Assembly (NCBI RefSeq): GCF_009914755.1
Contig: NC_060931.1
Strand: one strand, 5' to 3'
Source: the human T2T-CHM13v2.0 reference genome, Homo sapiens
DNA: 64,000 nt
Position numbers and translations under genes: made by a program. The notes under the pieces were generated by a model, which ran no database searches, was not told the origin of the DNA, and saw only the letters and a program-made list of their open reading frames with translations. Position 1 is the first letter of the stretch. Every line of letters starts with the position of its first letter. This document shows, one piece after another, positions 1 through 13,948 of this stretch.

Positions 1-237
1 CATGACCACTTAGCCAGGATGTCAGCTAGAGTGACTACCTGACATGTGACATGTTTAAACATGACGCCAGGGCAGTCCAGGGACAGATTCTAGGCAAAAG
101 TCCTCACGTGAAAGAGGTCAGCATCAGGTATAAAAGCTTATAAGATAAACTTTGATTCAGGATGCAGAAAGATTTTTTGAAAATGTGTAAATTGCAAGGG
201 AGTAGAAAACAAAGTAGAGAAATAGGATAATGTTCTG

Positions 238-628
238 TGTTGAGCAGGTATGTACAAACCTGTCCCCAAAGGTGGAGGGAGCTGAGAAGCCAAAGAAAGA
301 GGCTGAGAAATCCAGTTTCTCAGAAAGAAATATTTAATAGGGACTTAGGAACAGAGCAATATCCAGGCCAGCCATGAGATAGTGGATCCCTGCACCCACT
401 CTCCATTAAGTGCCCTTTACGTAGCAAGCTTTTATGGTAAAGACATGTGCAGCTGGGCAAGGGGGGCAGTTGGATAAGCATCCTTATGTGGGGTTATCTA
501 TGCTCCAGGCATTGTTTAGAGACCTTGCTGCAGAACAGCATATCATGCAGGAGTAAAATATCGGTTATCATGGCAGTTTCGCTTTAAGATGGCGTCACTC
601 TTGCCATGCAGCAGGCCGTTTTCCTATA
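238..628 (-). mobile_element. ERV1 solo LTR (MER72/MER83-like)
   Basis: TG...CA-type ends; minus strand starts TATAGGAAAACGGCCTGCTGCATGGCAAGAGTGACGCCATCTT; minus-strand ATTAAA; YY1-like AAGATGGCG at 586-594. Confidence 0.65.
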
Positions 629-1125
629 GATAAGAACTTGGTTCTTTATATTATGAAATTCCTAAATTATATACCTAGATGGGTCATTTTAAAATTCATT
701 CTTTCACACTTGTATGCCCTTTCCTTTTGAAGACTCATGTCTCTTCCCTTCAGTCCTGGAAATTTTTCCTTTATTATTTTTTTGATAATTTCTTTCCTTC
801 TCTGTTTTCTATTCTCATTTTAAAAAATTTCTATTAATTAGGTCCCAGATTTATTGGATTAATATTCTGCCTTCTCTTATATTTTCTGCATTTTTTCTTG
901 ACTTTTGTTCTATATTCTGTAAGATTTCCTCGGCTATTGTTCCCTTCTTTCTAATATTATTAACTTATGCAAATATATATTTAAGTTCTAAAACCTCATT
1001 ATTATTCTATTTGTCATAGCTTTATGTTTTGTTCTGTGAATGGAATATCTTCATACATATCTGAGGGTAATATTCACTTTTTATTATTTTTTAAATTATC
1101 TGTTTTCCCTAAGGTTATTTTTTCC

Positions 1126-1607
1126 TATAAAGAAAAAAAAAAGGAGCTCAGAGCTGTGCAAAGAATGTAAAGTATGCACAACTTACCAAACTCAGAGAGA
1201 AATGAGAATAAGCCTTCATAAGGCTGGGGGACACCCACCCACACATGCCTCATTGTGGGGAAGTGTTTAAAGGCAAATTGTTCTTTCTTTCCTTCCCTGT
1301 AGTTTCCACACTCACTGATAAGTTACCTAAAATGCTATCACAAGTTGCACAATGTGACCCTCACCCATTATCTTCATGCTCCTGGAATTTGCAATGCAAA
1401 GAACAATGTATACTTAATCAATAGCTTATGTTCAACTTAGAAGCTGCCCCTTCATTTTTCCTTTAAAAGCACACTTGTAACGTTGCTAATCAAAGCATAT
1501 AATCAAGGCAATTTGAATCTGTCTCTCAAGTTGAAGGACTCAAATTTGGCCCAAAGAAACCCTCTACTTATAATAATGTTGCCTCAGTTTCTTTCTTTAG
1601 GTTGATA
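1126..1607 (+). mobile_element. ERV1 solo LTR (MER34/MER39 group)
   Basis: Typical 3' end 'caaatttggcccaaagaaaccctctac...ttctttaggttgata' and TATA-like cctttaaaag; interrupts T-rich old L1 sequence. Confidence 0.6.
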
Positions 1608-3429
1608 CCTGTTTGGCTATGCTTTTACAATAAAGCTTTTTTCAAATGTCACATGATCCATTATTATCTGTCCATATTTAACAATAAAAAGTGTGACTAG
1701 GGGCAGTGAAAAGCAGTTGGGACTTCCTAACAGACAACTTCTTCAGTTTGGAGTGAATGTTACAGAGCCAGCAGTTCTGATGGTGCATCCCAAATGCCAA
1801 AAGGAAGGAGTTTCTGCTCTGTGGTGCTTTCACACAATTTTTCCTGGTTCTCCTAAGACACTTTTATAAAAAGAAAGATTCCTGACTATTTTTGTTAAAC
1901 TTAACGTGTGACTGTAGGTCAAGTATTGAGGTATTGGAGGAAAGGATCTTCCTTATAGACTTCCAGTTAGTTCAACTTTTCGATGCACCAACCCTCACTC
2001 CAGCCTTTCTTCAATTTACACTCCGCTCCCTGAGTTCTTAGTTTTTCTGGAATTCCCCTTTGCTTTATGGTTTCTCCAGTTGTAGCACCCATTTAGAATA
2101 CTTTAGGTGAAGTTTGCTCCACCCTTTATCAGCTGACACCCTTCCCTCTGCTTTCTGTATTCGCATCTTTGTTGTAAATTTGCACCTGCTAAGGTGCCCT
2201 TTCCTGCTGTTTGTATTGCTGTGATTGTAACCATTTTCATTAATTTTCATCAATTTTTATGTTGTCAAACATTCTGAATAGAAACACATGTACTTGGTCA
2301 CAGGCTAGGCACTAAGCTCAAGGTCTAACCTCTATAGCTAAACAAAAATATTCTGTGAGGTGCTTTGTGAAAAAATTCAGAGGGAGAAAGCAGAAATAAG
2401 GAAGCCAGATCCATGTCATCTAAGCCTTAAACCAAATTTCATTCAGCCTGAAAAACAAACAAAAACAAAATACACCCCAACATGTAGAGGATGAGGTGAA
2501 GTTGAATATAAAATCTTTAATATTCCATAAACAATGTGATATATGTGACTGTTTAAAACTAAATACAAATGAGGCAGCCAACAAATATCTCTACTCTAGG
2601 AATATTCCAGCTATGAGATTCTTATAGATCAATCCTGTTCCCTAGAAAGCAGCTACTTTGGTTTTCACAGCTGAGTTTTGGTGATTATCTCACTTACATG
2701 CTTTCCTAGTAGACCAACCATTCCTTGTAAACATTTACATGCTACAGATGTTATCTCTAATAATTCCATCAAATCAAATGGAACGAAGCACAGTAATAAA
2801 AATCAGGATTGTTCTATATTTTAGAGGATCTATTTCTTCCTAGCATCTGTGGGAAATCCTTGGATTAGGATAATGCTTTCATTATAGTCTCAGAAAAAGT
2901 GAATTATTACCGATTTGAATGGACAGTAGAGAGTACATTTAGGCACCTTGGGTGTCAACAATTAATGGTTCGATTCTCTGCATGGTAAATCAATATGTAC
3001 TTGGGATATATAATTGGTACACAAAATAAAATATGTGGCTTAGATATACTTTATAATTAAATTTTACACTTTTTGAAATGCTATAATTAACACAGACAAG
3101 ATTATTTTCTAATTGTGTGTATTAAGTAAAATAAAGTATTTTGCAAAATGAATAATACTTTGAACTATATATAAGTATTATTCTAAAAAAATCAAACAAC
3201 TATATAATTTTAAAATCATAGTACTAAAGCAATTATAATAAAATGTTTAATGAAGTTTAAAATAACAAATACTTACGTAGTTTTACATTTCATAATGCTT
3301 AAAAGTATATAATAAAAAATAGTGTTGCTTTGTTCCCCATCTTCCAATATAATTCCTTTGCGCAATTAACAATTAACAAGCTAATACAGATGCACATTAA
3401 GATTTTTATTCTAAAACACATATAGGCAT

Positions 3430-5700
3430 ATTCTTTTTAAATGAAGTAGATAGAATCCACATACCACAAAACTAACCGATTTAAAGTGTACAATTTGGGA
3501 TTTTTAGTCTATTCATAAGTCTATCACAGAGTTCAACAATCACCATTATCTAATTTCAGAACATTTTCATCACCTACCCCACCCACTAAAAAACTCACAT
3601 ACTCATTAAGCAGTCATCTCTTTCTACCCTACCTGTCTCTACGAATTTGCCCTTTCTGGACATTTCATATACAAATGGAATAACACATATGTGGCCTTTT
3701 GCATCTGGCTTCTTTAACTTACCAAAATGTTTTCAAGGTTCATCCATGTTTTAGCACATATCAATAGTTCGTTCCTTTTCATAGCTCAATAATATTCCAT
3801 TGTATGCATATAACATATTTTATTTATCCATTCATCAGTTCATATAATTTGTTTGGGTTGTTTTGTTGTGATTTTGATTTGTGTTTCCATAATGACTAAT
3901 AATGTTGAGAAAAATTTTCATATACCTGTAGGTCATTTGCATACCTTCTTTGGAGAACTGTCTACTCTGTTTCTTTGCCCATTAAAATAAAATTAATTAT
4001 TTGTCTTCTTGAGTTGTGAACACTCTTTATATATTCTGGATGCTAGACCCTTATCAGATATAGGATATATAAATATTTCACCCATCTTATGGGTTGTCTT
4101 TTATCTTTTTTTTTAAAAAAATATTACCTTAAATTCTGGGATACATGTACAGAATGTGCAGGTTTGTTACATAGGTATACATATGCCATGGTAGTTTGCT
4201 GCACCTATCAACCCATCATCTAGGTTTTAAGCCCCACATGCATTAGGTATTTGCCCAAATGCTCTCCCTCCTCCTTGCCCCCAACACCCCCCATGACAGG
4301 CCCTCATGTGTGATGATCCCCTCCTTGTGTCCATGTGTCTCATTGTTTAACTCCCACTTATGAGTGAGAACATAAGGTGTTTGGTTTTCTGTTTCTGTGC
4401 TGGTTTTCTGAGAATAATGGTTTCCAGCTTCATCCATGTCCTGCAAAGGCCGTGATCTCATTCTTTTTAATGGCTGCATAGTATTCCACAGTATTCCACA
4501 TTTTCTTTATCCAGTCTATCATTGATGGGCACTTGGGTTGGTTCCAAGTCTTTGCTATTGTAAAATAGTGCTGCAATAAACATATGTGTGCATGTGTCTT
4601 TAGAGTAGAATGATTCATAATCCTTTGGGTATATACCCAGTAATAGGATTGCAGGGTCAAATGGTATTTCTGGTTCTAGATCCTTGAGGAATTGCCACAC
4701 TGTCTTCCACAATGGTTGAACTAATTTACACTCCTACCAACAGTGTAAAAGCGTTCCTATTTTTCCACATCCTCTCCAGCATCCGTTGTTTCCTGACTTC
4801 TTAATGATCACTATTCTAACTGGCGTGAGATGGCATCTCATTGTGGTTTTCATTTGCATTTCTCTGATGATCAGTGATGATGAGCATTTTTTCATATGTT
4901 TGTTGGCGGCATAAATCTTCTCTTTTGAGAAGTGTCTGTTCATATCCTTCACCCACTTTTGGATGGGGTTGGTTTTTTCTTGTAAATTTGTTTAAGTTCC
5001 TTTAGATTCTGGATATTAGACGTTTGTCAGATGGATAGATTGCAAAAATTTTTTCCCATTCTGTAGGTTGCCTGTTCACTCTGACGATAGTTTCTTTTGC
5101 TGTGCAGAAGCTCTTTAATTAGATCACATTTGTCAATTTTGGCTTTTGTTGCAATTGCTTTTGGTGTTTTAGTCATGAAGTCTTTGCCCATGCCTATGTC
5201 CTGAATGGTATTGCCTAGGTTTTCTTCTAGGACTTTTTGGTTTTGGGTTTTACATTTAAACATTTAACCCATATTAAGTTAATTTTTGTATAACATGTCA
5301 GGAAGGGGCCCAGTTTCTGTTTTCTGCATATGGCTAGCCAGTTCTTTTATCTTTCTTGATAGTGTTCTTTGATGCACGAAATTTTTTGATTTTGATGAAG
5401 CGTAATTTATTTATTTTTTTATTTTATTGCATGTGTTAGGTGCCATATTTGAGAAACTATTGTTTAATTCAAGCTAATAAACATTTACACTTATTTTTGC
5501 TAAGAGTTTAATAGTTTTAGCTCTTACATTAAAGCATTTGATCCATTTTGAGTTAATTTTTATACATGGTATGAGACAGGGCTACAACTTTATACTTTTG
5601 CTCATGCATAACTAGTCCTCCTAGCACCATTTGCTTAAAAGACTATTTTCCTCCATTTAATTTTCTTGGCCCCATTGTCAAAAATTAATTAATTATGTAT
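3430..5700 (-). mobile_element. Old L1MB-type element (3' end), split by a younger L1PA
   Basis: 'tttaaagtgtacaatt...aacattttcatcacc...ctggcttcttt' L1M 3' UTR motifs; ORF2-derived sequence resumes after 5355. Confidence 0.8.
4109..5342 (-). mobile_element. 5'-truncated L1PA (~1.2 kb) with 12-bp TSD
   Basis: L1PA 3' UTR plus ORF2 C-terminal fragments (ORFs 4467-4712, 4734-4952 and 5027-5263 are decayed ORF2p). TSD tcttttatcttt at 4097-4108 and 5343-5354. Confidence 0.93.
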
Positions 5701-5919
5701 AAAATTGAAGGCACTGATGTAGTATCTTAGATTCTAGTAAAAAACTTCAGAAAGCCCATATCACTTTTATTCTCTATCTTTTATATTTGGTTATTTTTCC
5801 CTTTCTAGAAACTTTTAGAAATGTCTATGAATTCCAAATATTTTGATATTTTACTATCAATTCATTGATGTAGGAAATTTTCAAATTCTCTGTGCTAGAC
5901 CTTTATTCTGACATTGAAA

Positions 5920-6788
5920 CTGCAGCAGTTTTGAAACATGTCTACAAATCTTTGACACTCCTCCACTCAACAGGTGGGGTCTCTGTTCCAACCGCTTAAA
6001 TCTAAGCTGAATATAACAACTTCTTTATAACTAAGAGGATTAATTGGTGAGAATATTATGTGACCTTCCAAGCCTAGGTCATTAAATATAATGAAGCTTC
6101 CATGTTGCATGGCTGGGACACTCACACTGGCTGCTTGAGCTACCGTGTAAGAAATTTGCCTACCTTGTAATCTCCATTTTGTGTGGAAGGCCAGGTCACA
6201 TGAAGAGTTCAGACACAGTCCACATGGCTTTAGCTAAGGTCATAGATGAAAGTCAGCATTGGCCAGGCACAGTGGCTCACATCTGTAATCCCAGCACTTT
6301 AGTAGGCTGAGGCAGACAGATCACTTGAGCCCAGGAGCTCGAGACCAGACTGGGCAACATGGCACAACCCAGTCTGTACAAAAAAATTAGCCAGGCATAG
6401 TGGTGCACACCTTTCGTGGAAGGCTGAAGTGGGAGGATCACTTGAGCCTGGGAAGTAAGGTTGCAGTGAGCCGTGATCACACCACTGCACTCCAGCCTGG
6501 GTGATACAGTAAGACCCTGTCTCAAAAAACAAAACAAAAAAATCTCAGCATCAATTTCCAGGTAGATGAGTGAGGATGACTCTAGATGATTTCAGTACCC
6601 TATCACTGAGTAATCTATAGCCATTGAGTGTTTCCAGCTGAGGGTCCTGAAACTGTGTAGCAGAAACAAACCATTCTTCCTGGGCCCTGTCCAAATTCTC
6701 AACTCATTTAACCATGAGCATGATAAAATGAGTGTTTAAAGAGCTAGATTTTGGAGTATCTTGTTACTTGGCAATAGTGACCACAGCA
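5920..6788 (+). mobile_element. MLT1 (F/G/H-like) MaLR LTR interrupted by AluJ
   Basis: 'catgtctacaaatctttgacactcctcc...' start and 'gcaatagtgaccacagca' end. Confidence 0.7.
6261..6542 (+). mobile_element. AluJ
   Basis: Dimeric Alu with J-type 'ggaggatcacttgagcc'; degenerate TSD around tcagcat. Confidence 0.9.
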
Positions 6789-6961
6789 CCAGTCTTTCAA
6801 TTTTGGACAATAATAACTTCCTTCCCCTGGTCTGTTTTTCTGAAACTCCTTTTAGTTGGATGTTGGTCCACCTAGAATGTTCCTCTAATGGTCTTACCTT
6901 TTGTTCTCCCGTGACGTGTTACCTTGTCTTTTTGTAGTGTTTTTTTGTGTCTGTATGTATC

Positions 6962-6982
6962 TGTGTGTGTGTGTGTGTGTGT
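6962..6982. repeat. (TG)n microsatellite
   Basis: About 10 TG units. Confidence 0.9.
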
Positions 6983-8094
6983 AGGAGAAAGATTTTCCTT
7001 AATTTTTTCAAATTATTTTGTTGAATTTTAAAATTTTTATCATAGTATTAATTTACAATAATTTTTATTCTTGTGGTCTGCTACTTTTTATTATATCTTA
7101 CTTTTTTTGACATGCATACAATATCATAAGCTCCTTCCCTGAAGATATTAATTTTGGAGTTTTGTGTTATATTTTCTCTGGCTCCTCTAGTTACTTTTCT
7201 TCTGTTGCTTACTTTACTTTAGTTTTTTCTATCTTGAAGCCATTCCTTAAATGCCTGGTGATCCTCGGCTATCTGTTCACATTTGAGTAAATTTGTAGCT
7301 ACATGTGCATGATAAGTATTTGCTGACTTCCAGGCTTCACATTAAATAATGTTTTTATTTGTGTACTACCGAATCCCAATGTTTTAAAGTTACATTTTGT
7401 GAGGCCATTTCATTTTCCTAGGGAAGAATCTATGATCTCCTGCCTGTGGAAGCAATTCAGGTAATATCCACTTGGCTGTAGTTCATACTAGCACTAGAAT
7501 GGGGGCAGGCCCTTAGAGTTTCAACATTCATTTAATTCCCCAGTCTTAGTCTCTTGCCTCCTGCTACTCTGCTGCTTCTCCTGTACTAGTCTGGGACCAG
7601 TCTGATTCACTTATTCCAAACAATGAAACCTTAGGCTCTTTAGGGGTCAGGAGGAATGTAATGATTCAGGGAGCAGATCTGGAGGCTGACTACAATTAAT
7701 GTAGACCTTCAATAATCCTCCAAGTATCTGCTCTATATTTGAAGTTGCCTTCTTCAAGACTTTGAACTGCCAGGCTTTCTTAAGAAATTATGCTTTTTTT
7801 TTTTCATCAGAATAGTACTCTGATTATAATTTTCTTTGCTCCTAAAGGTCAGGCATCACTCATCTGTATGTTTTCAGTCTTCTAAAAACATGTTGTAATG
7901 TTTTATCCGCTCTTATCTCTTTTTCTTTCTGCTTTGTGATTATAGTTTTATACTTTCTTTTAAAACTCTTTTCTGTTATTTTAGTGGAGTTTGGGAAAAA
8001 TAGTTTTAGCCATGTTGAACTAACATTTTGCAATTAATTTAAAAAACTGCAAATAAATCATCAGTTTTTATGACGGAATATCTTTGTTTCACTT

Positions 8095-8600
8095 ATTTAT
8101 TTTTTCAAATTTATTTGTTTAAATTGACTGAAAAAATTGTGTGTATTTCTTCTATACAGCATGATGTTTGAAGTATGTACACATTGTTACATCTGTCTAA
8201 TTAACATGGTTGAATCTGTCTAATTAACATATGCATTACCCCATATAGTTATTATTTGTGTGGTGACAGCACTTATTCACAATCTTAATATTTTTAAGAA
8301 TATGATATATTATCATTAGCTATAGTCACCCTGCCCTATAATAGATCCCTTGACATTTTTCCTCCTATCTAACTGTAACTTTGTATCCTTTGATTAACAT
8401 CTTCCAACACCCCGGCCACCCCTCAACTGACCTAGCCTCTGGTAACCACCATTCTTTTGTATATTTCTATGAGATCAACTTTCTTAGCTGCTACCTGCAT
8501 GAGATCATGAGGTATTTGTCTTGCTGTGTCTGGCTTCTTTCACTTAACACAGTGCCTTCTAGGATTATCTATGTTGTTGTATATGACAGGATTTCCATAA
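8095..8600 (-). mobile_element. L1MA 3' end
   Basis: 'aattaacatatgcattacc...ctatagtcacc...ctctggtaaccaccattct...gagatcatg' L1MA 3' UTR motifs. Confidence 0.8.
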
Positions 8601-10944
8601 AATGGCTGAACATCAGTTTTTAGGATATGACACATGCAACATAGTCGAATAATATGATTGTTTACATTAGTATAAGTAATGATATCACAATATTTAATAT
8701 AACTGAACTTCTATGACATCTAAAATTACACTATATATGGGAACTTTTTTGCATTATATTATTTGGAAAAGTATGTATACACACACACACACAGACATAC
8801 ACTTTATATATGTAAACATATACCACATTGTATGTTTCAAGTTACATATGTATTTATATTTCAGAATATGTGGAAGTAGTTTTTTTGTTTATTTTTTCCT
8901 TTTTCCTAGAGAGGTTGGAGTCTGGGACTTGGTAAAGAAGGAATTGGGCAATTCTTTCACTCACAAGCTTGGTTTTGACTGATAAATTAATTACAATACT
9001 TTCCATCTACCGTACACTTGGGGAATCTACTTAAATCTACTCTCAGAGCTGACCTCCCAAGAGAATACAAGTCAATTATGGTTCAAGCTTTTCTTGTCTC
9101 ATTAGCTACTTGAATAATAATACATTTGAATGACGGCCCAGGAGACTAGCATTAGGAAGTGCTTGTCTCAGTCCCAGATGAGCTTCTTGGATAATCCTAA
9201 GTGTCTATTATTAGTTCAAGCTGTGCCATAAGACTGACTCAGTAGTGTTCCACTCACTTCCTGAAAAACTGGTGGGGTATAGCTTTATCTGTTTTTAATA
9301 TATAAAGATCCAATTGTACTAGACTTCTGTAGTTGGGGGAATTATTTTTAAGTCATCAAAACTGCTTCAAAAAAAGAACCAAGCAGTATGTCAGTTTTGC
9401 TTATTTTCCACTTGTAAAATAGAAAAGTACAGTGTTACTAAAAGGATTGAGTGTTAAAGGTTTTTTAAAATGACTATGTTCTATGTAGCCAAAAGGCACA
9501 CCTAGCACAAAATTATTTTATTATTCTCATGGTCAGCCATGTTTTGATGCATGTAGTGGAAATAAGCTGTGGACCTGTCTATAAAATTGCACAAATAATT
9601 ATTACTTGGGTCATTATTTAAGTAAGTTGTTTAACAGAAATTATTATTTTATAAATTATTCCCAAACATTTGGAAAAGGAGAGCTAAGTACAACAAATAC
9701 AGTATGATTGAAGTCAGAATTTGTAAAAGAAAAGCAAACCATATAGTAATAATATAAACCACTCTCAGAAGGAATATGATTGTTCCCTTACAAGGTATAT
9801 TTTTAAGTATCTGTATGTGTAAAACTAGAAATAAAATCAATTGGTCTTTGAATTAATCTTTATAACACTTTAGAGAAGGTGATTTCAAAGAACAAAACCC
9901 AGCAACGTTTTCCAGTGCCTAAGGGGAAGGTGTTTCCTATTTGATTAGTGCTTCCTTTTGATAATGTATTTAGCTGATCTGGAGCCATCATTTTACAGTG
10001 CATCTTTCATCATATAAAGTGCAGAGCCTCACTATTTGGGACATTAACCCTTCTTCTCAGAAACCCCAGGGTTTAGAGATAACGTGAATATAATTTTCCT
10101 CTAATTCTATCTAAGTTCTATATTATCATTAAATCTCTCCATTGTATGTTAACATAAAATCTCTTACATAGACATTATTACTGGAAAGTTCTGGATTTCC
10201 TATAAAGAGATTTCTGCTTACATTTTTCTAGAGAATTCATGAATTTTATATATGTTCATGCGCATGTTCATACATAGTATGTGCAACTGACTACATATTG
10301 GATTTTATGAGTTGATAGATTGTTTCATGCATGTGAAATGACTAGATTATAGGTGAGTCAACTTTCATATTGGCTTCTTTGTTGATACATGAGGATTACC
10401 ACATAAGTGGATATCTGTGGTGACTAACATTGATCAACAAAAGAATTATGAAATTTAGCATGCCTTTTGCAAATTTAGTCACCAACTGGAAACTTCATTT
10501 CAATTAACATGTTGCATTTAAGCATAAAGACCCCAACTAAAATGGAGATGAGATTGTTTTAGAAGGGGTTAGTTAGCATCATCCTTCTATAATGAGATAT
10601 ATTTAATTCATTTTGGTGGATAGTATTTGTAAACAAATGTGGCCTGGGGTTGAAAAACTTTCTATATAAAGTTTTAAATATTAAATAGATCCTTAATGTT
10701 AAACATTACAACATAACAGGTAGCCCCCTCCTTCTGTCTGTTTCTTCTTATAGCTTGAAAACGAGTTATCTTAGTCTATGCAGGAGAATGTTTTCTCATG
10801 CTAATATAAGGATCTCACTGATCTCATTAAAGAAAAGAGCATGCTGAATGTATTATTATTCCTGTACTTCTGCTCAGTTGAGTACTCTGAAAGCATGCTG
10901 CCTATTCATCAAAAGACACTGACAATTCTAATTTGGATTGTCAG

Positions 10945-11105
10945 TGACTATGGACTGAATTGTGTCACCACAAAACTCATATGTCTAAGCCTTACCCCAC
11001 AATGTGTCTATATCTGGACACAACATCTTTAGGGAGTAATTAAGTTTAAATGAGGTCAAGGGTCGGGCCCTAATCTGATAGGACTGATCCCTTATAAGGA
11101 GAGAT

Positions 11106-11139
<34 letters not shown>

Positions 11140-11369
11140 GCTTTCTCTCTCTCTCTCTCTCAATGTGTGTGTCCCTGTCTCTCTTTCTGCCATGTTGGAC
11201 ACAGCCATAAGCTGGCCATCTGCAAGCCAGGAAGAGGGCCCTGACTAGAAAAAGAACCCTGCTGAACCTTGATTTGGACTTCCCAGCTTCTGGAAAAGTG
11301 ATAAAATTATTCTTTGTTGAGCTGCCCCATGTATGATATTTCGTATAGCAGCCTGAGCTGGCTAGTACA
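10945..11369 (+). mobile_element. MLT1A/B MaLR LTR with internal (CT)n (11106-11161)
   Basis: 'tatggactgaattgtgtc...aaatgaggtc...gggccctaatc...atagcagcctgagctggctagtaca'. Confidence 0.85.
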
Positions 11370-11669
11370 ACGGTTCAAAATTAGGGTACTTTCATAGAAG
11401 GTCTGTTGTCACATTGAACAAGATGCCTTACTTATTTAAAAACTAACTGATTAATTATAAATTATAATGAATTAGACAACTGCTACAGAGAAAAACAACA
11501 CTTTTCCTTATAATTATAGGATAAAAAAAATCTTTTATAATGTCACTCCTGTATTTAACAAAAGTTCTAAAATACTATGGTTATTATATGTATGTCTGTA
11601 AGAATCTTGAAATATTTGTAACAGTAGTTACAAATCCTTAAGTTCAATAATTGTATAGTAATAACAAAG

Positions 11670-11795
11670 ATACATCATATTTATTGAGAACTTACTATGT
11701 TCTAAGAGACATAATTACATGATATGTTTTAAACTCAACACTATGAAGTAGATACTGTATTTTTCCCATTTCACAGATGATGAAATTGACCACAG
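11670..11795 (-). mobile_element. MIR fragment
   Basis: 'tttattgagaacttactatg...cccatttcacagatgatgaaattga' is the antisense MIR core. Confidence 0.65.
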
Positions 11796-13602
11796 ATATG
11801 GGAACACAAGGATTTCATCAAATAGTCTTAATGTCTCAATAAACCACAGCGCCCAGTGCTGCACCTTGGCCATGGAGATACGTCTGCAACATGCATCATA
11901 GCCTGGTATCCATGGGACAAGGCTGCCCTAGATAACTCTGGAGATAAGTTGCCAGTGTTTCCACTGTTGTCTCCCTTTTTGCTGATGGTGTTTAGACCAT
12001 TTTTTTTTTCTCATGAACACATTTTTTACTTTAGACAGAGAAAAAAAATTACCTACATAAGAGCTTCCTCATTTACCATCACTTTACAGTTTTGCATCTT
12101 CAAGCTTATACTCAGGATTAGTTTGAATGAATATGAGGTATTACCAAACACTTACGACATCTCTTAAAAAGGGCTAAACTTATTCCTTACATATTGAGCC
12201 TTTCTAATTTCTTCTCTGAGTGTAATCGTAATTTTCAATTTTTGAAATGTATTATTTATATTCCTACTTATGGAGAAAAAGTAAAAGAGAGGATGGAGAG
12301 CTCTCTTTGGAGCCCAGTACATTTCCAGAGCAAATCAACTCTCTCCACTTCTCTTAGATTCTATCTTTTGTAGATTCTTTTAGATTATATCTTTTTATTG
12401 GGTCCAGGCCCAATAAAAGTTTCTCAAAATTTTTGAGAGCCACCAAATAAGTGAACCAATGATCCTTTTCAGGATAATGTCCTATCTCTCCCGCTTCTCC
12501 TAGACCATTAAAATGAAAGGGAGAGGAGGGGGTCAGATATACACCCGGAGAATTCTCCCATGGACCTGTGGAAAAGGGAGGAGAGTGAAATTGCTAATAG
12601 ATAATCAGTAAGCAGCAAATGCATGTACTTTCCTGTGCTTCCTGCTGTGAATGTCTGTTGGGAGGATCAGTACCGCCTGGTCCCTCATCATCTAGATATG
12701 AGTTTCCTAGCCAAAGCAGATTGTTATCACATTTTCCCCAAAGCCAGTGTTTATTATGTCACAGAAGAGGCATCAAACAAACACCAACAAACACAAGCTC
12801 ATCATGTAATGAAATGAATATATTTTAAAATATTGCTATTTGATATCACATATTCAATATATTTAAAATATTGCTGTTTGATACCATGCCAAATATTACC
12901 AAAATGTGCATTGAGGGAATAATTTTCTCTCTAAGAAATAACCTCTTGTTCTTAAGCGTTAGTTAGGGACTTGTGTGGTTAAGCATTCCTTGAAAGGATA
13001 GGAAATCTATCTAGATTGTCAAACAAGTTGCTACAGAGACAGCTGAATCAGAGAAGGCTTCCCATGACTGATTTGTGGTGTGGATTTTGTCCATATGCTT
13101 CACATATGGCCATAATTATTGTGAACATCATAAAACAATTTATGAAATACACTACAATAGGCAAAAATATGAAAAATTGATACAAATTAATAAATGGAAA
13201 GCAGTTAAGAAAGGATTAAAATGAGAAAAAAATAAAATAGTTCAAAATAAATTAGTGTATTTTAAAAGAAGTGCCTTTTTTTAAAAAAAGTGAAAGAATT
13301 AGAAAACAGAAAAATAAAAATTTAGGAGTAAAAAATAGTGATAAAATTACATACAAAATAAAAGATAAAATGCTACAAGTAAAAAGTTTATAACATGTAA
13401 AAACCTGCATAAAATACATCTCATACATTCTGCAATCATAAAAGCACATAGATTGTACAATGAGAATAAGAATTAAGGATTGAAAATATTGAGTACAGAT
13501 TATAATACAAAACTATGGAAATAAATGAGACCAAGAAAAACAAACACAAAAACAAAAGTAATAATTATTAGACAACTAGTTAGTAAAATTAAAAAGTCAT
13601 AG

Positions 13603-13948
<346 letters not shown>

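Noticed and set aside
4243-5263. ORFs resembling L1 ORF2p
   Set aside because: Frameshifted fragments of a 5'-truncated L1PA; not a functional gene.
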